Positions 1-8,600 of a stretch of DNA of 64,000 bases are shown one piece after another. Location of the stretch: contig OY821645.1 in assembly GCA_963682135.1 (NCBI GenBank), positions 2,624,001-2,688,000 of the forward strand, given 5' to 3'. A model generated the notes under the pieces. The model was not told the DNA's origin and did no database searches. It saw only the letters and a program-made list of their open reading frames with translations. A program made the translations under genes and the position numbers. The DNA comes from Methanothrix sp. GTDB lineage: Archaea; Halobacteriota; Methanosarcinia; Methanotrichales; Methanotrichaceae. How positions within the stretch are numbered: the first letter of the stretch is position 1; every line of letters starts with the position of its first letter.

Positions 1-227
1 TTCTCTTGCGTGGAGTTATTTTGAGCGTCTGTGGCCCCATTGGGGCAGGTGCAGTTTTCGCCGCAATTACCGCCACAATTTGCGCCGCAATTCCCACTAC
101 AGCTTCCGTTTACCTGGCATGAGCCGCTCTCTCCCGAAAATGGACAGGAAATACTGGCACAGTTCAGGATCAGAGCTACTCCTGCCAGGAGCAGGACCAG
201 TGCAACTATTGGATATTTATTCATCAT
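1..227 (-). CDS. Secreted Cys-rich protein (partial, runs off window start)
   Basis: Hand translation: MMNKYPIVALVLLLAGVALILNCASISCPFSGESGSCQVNGSCSGNCGANCGGNCGENCTCPNG...; signal-peptide-like N-terminus, no stop before base 1; not in the ORF track. Confidence 0.65.
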   Translation of the reverse strand, partial: MMNKYPIVALVLLLAGVALILNCASISCPFSGESGSCQVNGSCSGNCGANCGGNCGENCTCPNGATDAQNNSTQE

Positions 228-293
228 TTGTTCCTCTTGTTTTGTCTCCAGCCTTATCCTATGAGGCAGATAGATTCGGCTTTCTCTATTTAT

Positions 294-1612
294 CTTGTTT
301 GGGTACAGGGGTAGAGAAGACCCCAGACTTCAGGCTGGGGATGAATTGTACCCCTGTCAGGATTACTTTCGCTCTGCACTAATTGACTTAATATAGCATT
401 GTGCGACCATATTAAGTTAATATGAAAACGGCCTACAAGTTCCGGCTATATCCAAACAGGCTACAAGAAGCACAATTGGCCTTAACGCTGGATACCTGCA
501 GGCATCTTTGGAATAAAGCACTTGCTGATCGCAAAAATGCCTGGGAACGCGAAGGCATAACTCGATCTTACGAAGATCAGGCAGCTTTGCTGGTCTTTGA
601 GAAACAGTCTAATCCATACCTCAATGCCGTCCATTCTCAGGTGGAACAGGATGTCTTGAGGAGGCTTCAGAAATCCTTTGATAACTTTTTTCGAAGAGTT
701 CGTGAAGGGGCTCGAAAAAAAGGCTACCCCAGGTTCAAGTCCATTAACCGTTATAGCTCGGTTACTTATCCTCAATCTGGGTTCAAGCTTAACGGCTCTC
801 GGCTGATACTCTCAAAAATTTCCGGTGGCATTAGAACCTTTGTGCATAGGCCGATTGTGGGCAGAATCAAAACCTGTTCCATCAAGCGAGATAAGACAAA
901 TGCATGGTATGTCATATTTACGACCGAGATTGAGAATCCAACCAAGCTGAAGCCCAAGACCGCGATCGGTGTAGACCTTGGCATCACTCATGCAGCCGTA
1001 ACTTCGGACGGTCAGTACTTCGACTATCCAAAGTACCATGTCCAAGCTGAGAAGAAAAATCGGGCTGCCAATAAATCGTTGCACCGCAAGAAGCTAGGTT
1101 CCAATAACCGGAAGAAAGCCCAGACAAAGTTGGCCAGGATCGCAAAGAGGGTAACCAACCTTCGCGAGGAGTTCTTGCATCAGGTATCCAGGAAACTGGT
1201 AAACTCAGCTGACATAATAGCATTTGAAGATCTGAGCATCCAGAATATGCTTAAGAACCACTGTCTGGCAAAGCATATTCAAGATGTATCATGGGGAAAG
1301 CTAATGCGCTTCACGGTGAGCAAGGCTGAAAGAGCTGGCAAAATCGTGGTATTGGTTAATCCCTATAACACTAGCCAAAGATGTTCCGCATGTGGTGAGA
1401 TCGTGCCCAAGAAGCTGAAAGATAGGGTGCATATCTGCTCTCGGTGTGGTCTAATAATTTGCAGAGATCTCAATGCAAGCATGGGAATCAGAACCCTCGG
1501 ACTGAGGGGGATAGCCTGTGGAGAATCGACCTCCGGCTTTGGCCTATGTCCAAAGTAAGCGCCGGTTCGTCGAAGCAGGAAGCCCCATCCTTTAGGGTGG
1601 GGAAGAAGTCAC
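294..1612 (+). mobile_element. IS200/IS605-family (IS1341-type, tnpB-only) element, copy 1, 1319 bp
   Basis: Boundaries set by near-identity with the inverted copy at 43800-45118; preceded by TTTAT (289-293); left hairpin CCCCAGAC-TTCA-GGCTGGGG; right hairpin CCCCATCC-TTTA-GGGTGGGG; ends in TCAC; no tnpA. Confidence 0.92.
422..1558 (+). CDS. tnpB: RNA-guided endonuclease TnpB
   Basis: KTAYKFRLYP N-terminus; RuvC motifs GVDLG, FEDL, RDLNAS; zinc finger CSAC...CSRC. Confidence 0.95.
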   Translation: MKTAYKFRLYPNRLQEAQLALTLDTCRHLWNKALADRKNAWEREGITRSYEDQAALLVFEKQSNPYLNAVHSQVEQDVLRRLQKSFDNFFRRVREGARKKGYPRFKSINRYSSVTYPQSGFKLNGSRLILSKISGGIRTFVHRPIVGRIKTCSIKRDKTNAWYVIFTTEIENPTKLKPKTAIGVDLGITHAAVTSDGQYFDYPKYHVQAEKKNRAANKSLHRKKLGSNNRKKAQTKLARIAKRVTNLREEFLHQVSRKLVNSADIIAFEDLSIQNMLKNHCLAKHIQDVSWGKLMRFTVSKAERAGKIVVLVNPYNTSQRCSACGEIVPKKLKDRVHICSRCGLIICRDLNASMGIRTLGLRGIACGESTSGFGLCPK

Positions 1613-1632
1613 ATTTCATCGTGCAACCATGT
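1480..1632 (+). ncRNA. Predicted TnpB omega/reRNA (scaffold plus guide ATTTCATCGTGCAACCATGT), copy 1
   Basis: TnpB guide RNAs are known to derive from the element right end plus about 16-20 nt of flank; 5' boundary is approximate. Confidence 0.55.
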
Positions 1633-1696
1633 AAACCAAAGCAAACTCAATTATTTATAGTGGTGTGCAAATTCATTTGCCATTCGAGGTGGAAGA

Positions 1697-3637
1697 ATGA
1701 TCAAGTTGGCAGAAGGATTTTTAATATCGCTCATGCTCATTGTCATTATGCTCTTGATTGGTGGTTTTGGCCTAGCCGCTTCTCCTGAAAACGAGACGAC
1801 AGGACTGAATGGAAGTGAAACAACTACCTCCTGGGATCTATCAAACTTATTTAAAGATCGGGAGGCGGCAACCGCTGAATTCGAAGCGCTGCAAAACAAG
1901 TCGCAAGAGATAAATGCGACATTTCGCCCCATGTTTAAAAACCTGACCGGAAAGGTTTTGCTGGAATACATTGAGGCGAATAAGAATTTCAGCCGGAGTT
2001 TAAGCGTCGTCATGGCCTATGCTTATGCCCAAAATAGCCTGAATGTCAATGACAAATTCTTCGAGAAATTCATCTCCGATGTGCAGAACCTGTACACGGA
2101 GCATGCCAAGGCCACCTCTTTTGCAGAAGTATTGCTCAAGTCGCTTTCTACTGCCGAATGGGACCGGCTGTTTTCACAGCAGCCTGCTCTGGAGAAGTAC
2201 AGAGCATACCTTGAGAACAGCTACCAGCGCTACAGCGATCACCGGCCCAGAAATGAGACGCATGCCGCCTATCTGGCTGATTTATCCAACCAGCTTATGA
2301 AGATCAATACCGAAGCGGAAAAGACGGTAACCAATAATGTTACCGTTGCGGGAAATATCACTCTGGAGGACGGAAGAGAGCTGGCCATAAACTCCGTAAC
2401 CTACTCGGAGCTTCTCTCTACGGACAGGAGCCGAAACAACCGAAAGATGGGCTACGACAAACGCTTCTACCATCTCATCAACGAATCGGACAGAATGGCT
2501 GAGATCTACTGCAATAAATCAAGATTAGACGACCAGCTCGCCCGGGAGCTGAACTACTCCGACTCATACGATGCCAAGATGTTCGAGACCTATCTCACGA
2601 AAGAGCAGGTAGAGACGATGAACCAGGTCTTCAAAGAACGCAAGGGCGACTTTGATGGCTATTACGAGTTTCGAAGGACGCGGATGAATCTGTCTCTGCT
2701 CAAGCCCTATGACCTGGCGCTTCAATTGATGAAAAACCCCGATAAGAAATACAGCTACGAGGAGACACTCTCCAACATATCAGCTTCTTATGCGGCAATG
2801 GACCCGGCCTTCCTGGACATATTTGCAAAGACTACAACAAGCGGATCAATGGATGTCTTCCCCAATCCGGATGGCGGAAAGCAGTCAGGAGGCTACTGCC
2901 AGGATATGTGTGCTCTGCAGCGTCCTGCTTTGATATTCATGAACTACAAGGGTTTGATGCAAGACCAAAAGACCCTCACTCATGAGATGGGTCATGCCAT
3001 CAACTTCTACCTGATGGGTAGTAATGTGGATTATCTTTATTGTACCGGCACAGAGTATGAGATGGAGATCCCCTCAACCTTCAATGAGGAGCTATTTGTG
3101 GATTATGCGCTGAAAAACTACGACCAGGATACAGCTCTGGCAATTTTAGCGCAAAGCGTCGGTGATTATGAGAACTACTTCACCTTCCAGCCCATGATCA
3201 CAGAGTTTGAGTGCAAGGCACACGAGCTTTGCCGCCAAAAGACAAATGTGAGCGGCAGCGAACTGTGCCGGCTCTGGACCGACTTATCCAAGGAGTACCG
3301 AAGCGGTTTGGTGGATTATTACCCGGAGGACAGTGCCCAGTGGACCTACATCAGCCACATCTATCTCACCAATAACTACTACACTTTCAGCTACGCCCTC
3401 TCCAAAGCCGTGACCTTATCTCTATTCAAGATGTACAAAGAAGATCCGGAAAAGTTCAATGAGAATTACATGGCCTATCTCTCCGCGGGAAGCAGCATGA
3501 CTCCGCCTGAGAAGCTCCAGAAATTCTTCGGAATTAAAATAGATCGAAAGCTATTCGAGGATGCCATGGATGTTGTGCAGATGAGGGTGCAGCAGCTCCA
3601 GGAGCTGGAGGGGAAGAGACTGGCAAGTTCCGCCTGA
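1697..3637 (+). CDS. M3-family oligoendopeptidase F with signal peptide
   Basis: WDLSNLF N-terminal motif, HEMGH zinc motif, EIPSTFNE, HIY..YY.F.YA. Confidence 0.88.
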   Translation: MIKLAEGFLISLMLIVIMLLIGGFGLAASPENETTGLNGSETTTSWDLSNLFKDREAATAEFEALQNKSQEINATFRPMFKNLTGKVLLEYIEANKNFSRSLSVVMAYAYAQNSLNVNDKFFEKFISDVQNLYTEHAKATSFAEVLLKSLSTAEWDRLFSQQPALEKYRAYLENSYQRYSDHRPRNETHAAYLADLSNQLMKINTEAEKTVTNNVTVAGNITLEDGRELAINSVTYSELLSTDRSRNNRKMGYDKRFYHLINESDRMAEIYCNKSRLDDQLARELNYSDSYDAKMFETYLTKEQVETMNQVFKERKGDFDGYYEFRRTRMNLSLLKPYDLALQLMKNPDKKYSYEETLSNISASYAAMDPAFLDIFAKTTTSGSMDVFPNPDGGKQSGGYCQDMCALQRPALIFMNYKGLMQDQKTLTHEMGHAINFYLMGSNVDYLYCTGTEYEMEIPSTFNEELFVDYALKNYDQDTALAILAQSVGDYENYFTFQPMITEFECKAHELCRQKTNVSGSELCRLWTDLSKEYRSGLVDYYPEDSAQWTYISHIYLTNNYYTFSYALSKAVTLSLFKMYKEDPEKFNENYMAYLSAGSSMTPPEKLQKFFGIKIDRKLFEDAMDVVQMRVQQLQELEGKRLASSA

Positions 3638-3703
3638 AGACAGGGCGGGACTGTATTCTAATTACTATTTTCACCTTTTTCGGCCAAGTTCTGGGCTTGT
3701 TGG

Positions 3704-4300
3704 TTAGCGCTTTATTGCCGTGGCATTTCCGTCACCCATGAATTCGCCGCCAAGACTCAGGATATAAGTTCCCGACATATTATTAATTGAAGCATTATTT
3801 GCCGAGAAAAGGCTGATATCGTATCTATCAGAATTCTGGCCGGAGTATTCTGAGTCAGCCGATTGGACGGTCAATATGAGTTCCTCCCCGTCAAGAGATC
3901 CGCTGACAGTAACAGAATTCGTGGTGCTTCCTTTTGTCAGTGTTCCATAGCCCATGATTTTTGCTTTGCCTGAAGACCACAGGGTCAGATCAAGTGACCT
4001 GTCCGGTCGATCATCGAATTTTATCGACCATTTGCCGCTCAAATCATCTGATTTGGCCTGCATCGTTTGAGCCTGATCATCAATTTTGCTGGTTTGGTTT
4101 GCATTGCTATTCTGCTGCGCCTGTTTTGGCTCAGGCACATTCATGTTCGGACTTGTGATAATAGGCGCTGGCATATCCATGTTTGGAGCCTTAATGCTGG
4201 GCGCCGCGATATCACCCGCTTCAATAGCACATGCTTGAAAGGATATGCAAGAAAGCAATACTGTGAATAACAATGAGCTTGCTAATCTCATCTCAGCCAA
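3704..4300 (-). CDS. Secreted hypothetical protein
   Basis: 198-aa ORF with signal peptide, low-complexity linker and beta-rich C-terminal domain. Confidence 0.7.
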   Translation of the reverse strand: MAEMRLASSLLFTVLLSCISFQACAIEAGDIAAPSIKAPNMDMPAPIITSPNMNVPEPKQAQQNSNANQTSKIDDQAQTMQAKSDDLSGKWSIKFDDRPDRSLDLTLWSSGKAKIMGYGTLTKGSTTNSVTVSGSLDGEELILTVQSADSEYSGQNSDRYDISLFSANNASINNMSGTYILSLGGEFMGDGNATAIKR

Positions 4301-4461
4301 CCTCCACTATAATGTTGTTGCAGGCGGACAATTTTAATGTTATCCTTAATTATGTTTGCCACTCAATCAATCTGCCAGAATTTCCATTTGTCGTGGATCG
4401 CCTGACGCAAAAATAATAATACGAGTATGTCCGCATTATCCATGGTGATTTCTTCTTGAGC

Positions 4462-5472
4462 ATGTGTGAATCGAAAACCATCTGGTGGGATGACGGACTG
4501 TGGCTGATCGATCAGACCCGTCTGCCAGGCGAGCTATTGCCCCTTCGCATAAAAAGCGTCCGACAGCTCATTGAAGCTATCAAGACCCTGCGCGTGCGCG
4601 GCGCTCCTGCTCTGGGTGCCGCGGGAGGCTATGGGATAGCTCTGGCTGCCAGGCTCTCCCCGGCCGGCAATGCACCGGAGTTGATGGATGAATTGGAGAA
4701 AGCCGCCCATATGATTAAGGGCTCTCGGCCCACCGCCATCAACCTCTCCTGGGGGGTGGATAGGACTATGCGTGCCGCCGCCCTTCAGGAAACGGCTGAA
4801 GATATTCGTGCGGCAGCGCTGCGTGAGGCTGAGGAGATCGCTGAGGAGGATATCCGCATCAATAAGCTCCTGGGCAAGAACGGGGCCAAGCTTCTGGATG
4901 ACGGGGACCATGTCCTCACCCATTGCAATGCCGGAAGGCTGGCCTGCGTGGGCTGGGGAACTGCCCTGGGAGTCATCCGCTCTGCCGTGGCTGCGGGCAA
5001 GCACATTCATGTCTACGCCTGTGAGACCCGGCCTTTGCACCAGGGATCGCGCCTGACTGCCTGGGAGCTGGCCCAGGATGAGATACCGGTCACTCTTATC
5101 TGCGACAACATGTCCGGCAGCCTGATGAGAAAGGGCAAAATCGACAAGGTCATCGTCGGTGCCGACCGCATCACCAGGGACGCAGCCTTCAACAAGATAG
5201 GCACCTATAGCCATGCCGTCCTGGCCAGATTTCATAAGATCCCCTTCTATGTGGCAGCGCCGCTCTCCACTTTCGACCGCCTGCATGAGGAAAAGGACAT
5301 TGTCGTGGAGGAGCGAGACCGTGAGGAGATCTGCAGCCTGAACGGAAAACGGCTCGCCCCCCAGGGAATCGAAGTCTACAATCCAGCCTTCGATGCCACG
5401 CCGCTGGAACTGGTATCCGGCCTGATCACAGAGAAGGGCGTCTTCCGACCGCCGCTCATGCCAGTGCTTTGA
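4462..5472 (+). CDS. mtnA: S-methyl-5-thioribose-1-phosphate isomerase (eIF-2B-like)
   Basis: LIDQTRLP, VRGAPALG, RPTAINL, LTHCNAG, ETRP..QG.RLT, NKIGTY, NPAFD.TP. Confidence 0.92.
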   Translation: MCESKTIWWDDGLWLIDQTRLPGELLPLRIKSVRQLIEAIKTLRVRGAPALGAAGGYGIALAARLSPAGNAPELMDELEKAAHMIKGSRPTAINLSWGVDRTMRAAALQETAEDIRAAALREAEEIAEEDIRINKLLGKNGAKLLDDGDHVLTHCNAGRLACVGWGTALGVIRSAVAAGKHIHVYACETRPLHQGSRLTAWELAQDEIPVTLICDNMSGSLMRKGKIDKVIVGADRITRDAAFNKIGTYSHAVLARFHKIPFYVAAPLSTFDRLHEEKDIVVEERDREEICSLNGKRLAPQGIEVYNPAFDATPLELVSGLITEKGVFRPPLMPVL

Positions 5473-5620
5473 GCAGAGCTTGCGGAGGAGGTTGCGTTTC
5501 CAAAAAGTTAAATAGGATAATACATTCTACTTTTTGGGAGGGATTTAAATAAGCCGATCCAGAGATAAATGGAAATTTTTAAATAATATTAACATCGGAG
5601 TTCTTATTATCTTTATCCCT

Positions 5621-8600
5621 ATGCTCTTTATCCCGGCATTTTGCGCAGAGGAGCAATCCGGTGAGCTTGATGACATCAGCATTACCTCATTTGGCGAGCC
5701 AATCGAAATTGATATGGATTATTATCAGTTGGTGCCCATAACTATAATGAATAATGGCAAGAAAACACATAGATTAAAAATTAGCGCAATCAATCCCTAC
5801 AGCGACATTTATCTTAGCTTTATCAGTGAAAGTCCGGACAAAGAATACATGGGATTTGCGCCAGGGGATAAAAAGACCCTGGTTCTTTCCATAAATGCGC
5901 AGGATGCTGCAAGCAGCACTTATAATATAATAATTGATCTGATCGATAAGCAGACTGGCCAAGAGAAATCATTCCCTCTAAACATATCTGTCAGGTACAG
6001 CAATTTAAGTTTTGCATTTAAGGATGTGACCGGACCAGTTGATGCTCAATCGGATTCGAAGAGATTCTTTGTGAAAAATGTGGGCGATGATGCCCCAGAT
6101 ATCGATGTCATTGCGGGAGATGACATTGCAGGTAAGGTAATCATCCAGAGGGTTCCGAGAGATCCAAGCATGTCCATCGCTAAAGGCGAGGGCGTTGATG
6201 TTACAATCTCACCCTTGCTTTCAGATCAAAATCGAGCGATATATGGCAACGTGATCGCAAAATGGGGCAATAATTCCAGGTCTTACCCGGTTGAATTCAG
6301 GTGTGATGGAGATATTCTCGCAAGAACACTGACTGATCCGATATTGTATTTCAATCTCAAGAGATCTGGATGTATTAATAAAGGGACAGTTAATGATTTG
6401 TTTTATTTGCCATCGGGGATAAAGAAGGAAGATGTGGACTATGCTTACGTCGATTTTGAATTATTTCCCCATAGCAATCAATATAAAGAATATGCTGTTG
6501 TCGTGGATTTCAACGGACGCGAACTCGGCAAATTCGTGCTTGCGCCATTGCAGGACGGCGTTTTTCAAAGACATATTCGCCTGGACGTAACAAAGCATTT
6601 GAATTTCTCTAGTAGTAATAGTCCCAATGCAAATAAAGTTCACCTTTCGACTGATATGGATCGAGGGTATTATACACCTCTATCGGATGCAAGAGCAGTA
6701 GTCTGTTTGAAGGGAGAGTATCATCATTACATGTGTTCGAATCGATCGGCCTCACATCTGCCACCATACATCTATTTTAATCCAGAAATTGCTAAATCCG
6801 GTTCAAAGCTGGATCTAACAATCGATTCTCCTGTAAAAGGCAGCACGTTGGACACATCTGATTTCATCGTTGTATCTGTAAGATGCAATGGAACAAATGT
6901 TCCTTTCTGCAGAGTTAGCGCAAGATCGAATCTCAGCAAGGATGTAATCAGTCTATTTGATAATGGCCAAAATAAGGATGGAGCTGCTGATGATGGAATC
7001 TATGGCGCACCAATTGGTAAGTCTCCAGCTGGATCATGCCATTTGAGTATCAATGCTTATCTTGGGGGAGTCTCAGGTCAAAATGAGACAGATTTCATTG
7101 TAACCAGAAAATATTATCCACCGGATTGCCCTAACCTCAAGCTGGTTGACCCTGTCCTATCAATAGACAATCAAACGCTTGTCGGAGACAGAGCTATCAT
7201 AATAGAACCTTCCGTGCTGCACAGCATATCTCTGCATTCAAGCTTTGAGAATCCGTGTTATATATCAGATGGCATCTTGAATTCAAACATTGGCATAAAG
7301 TCATGCGGCCAGAGCATATCACTAGACGGCTTTATTCGCATTTTAAATTCGTCTGGTGAAAAGAATCTCGATATAACGTTGAACTCAGAAGTGAGCTTCC
7401 TGGATGATCCAGCGGTTTATGGACTGAATACGCTAGAATTCTCAGCCAAGCCGAAAGAGGATGAACACTTTATTCAACCGGACACTATTTCCGCAAGCGT
7501 ATTTCTCACACCATATAAAATTCAAAGTCATGGCGTAGATCCCATTTTGTACAGACCTTGGCGCGAGAATGCGAATAATGGTCACGGGAATGTAACGATC
7601 ATTTGCAGCCCTGAGTACGAACAGCATCTGGCCTACAATAGTTCAAAGGATCCTTCTGTGACATCATTTATCGCCTATCTGCAGCTTTTAGGCCTGACTG
7701 AGCTTGCAAAAAAATACCCGGATGCAGAGGTCATTATCATTCCATTTCGCGTCGGTGATAGCCAAGATAATATTTGTGCAGCGATTGAGAGGTATGTTCA
7801 ACAGGCGCGGGATCTGGCAAAGGTCCCTCTTATCGTCGGGGCAGTTCCGCATGTCTACGTGTCATACAGTCCCTCTAATATCATCGCCTCTCAGTCGTAT
7901 AGAGCTGCTTATATGAGCTATGCTCAGGCAAGTGAGATCAATAGCATGACCTTCTGGGACGATTTATCGTCACCTAAAAGAGCATTGGTGTCAAGCGACT
8001 TCCGTAGCGAAAAAATAGCCAGTCCTGCTGCAAAAAAATATAAAAAATATAATTTAGATGATTCAATCGACTATCCTCTTCTGCTTCTCTGTAAAAAAGA
8101 TATGCCACTGCTCCAAATCGGACCGGAGATAATGGCCGTGGATCTCAGGACGCAAAGCGCGTTTAAATCTATCTATTCAATACAAAGAATTAGCCCTCTT
8201 GTGCCGATAGATCATACGTTCTATCTTGGTGGCTCAGCTAATGTCGGACCATTTAGTATTTCTCTAAATCCCTCAAGTTTGACTATTTCAGCGGGTTATA
8301 AGAAGGTCAGCGGCCTCATCATCGTAGGAGATTATTCAGGGATAAAAGCAAAGCCATGTCTGCTAACTTATTATTGTAAGAACTTATCTCTAAATGATGC
8401 GATGAACAATTCCGTGGTTACTCAGTTCATCTCTCCAGCGGATTTGGGCCGACTCGACAAATCAGTCTCTGAGATATTTAAGAAGTCTTCAATAACTTAT
8501 AAAAAATGGCTTTCCGATTACGTGGAACCAGACAGCACGTTTTCCATGCTTAGGGCGTGCACCGAAAATGTACTATCTTTTGATCAGCCTGTCTACGATA

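Noticed and set aside
31-382. Plus-strand ORFs 31-264 and 80-382
   Set aside because: Shadows of the minus-strand Cys-rich gene and the IS left end
1444-1788. ORF containing KQEAPSFRVG
   Set aside because: Alternative-frame translation of the conserved IS right-end hairpin, overlapping two real genes
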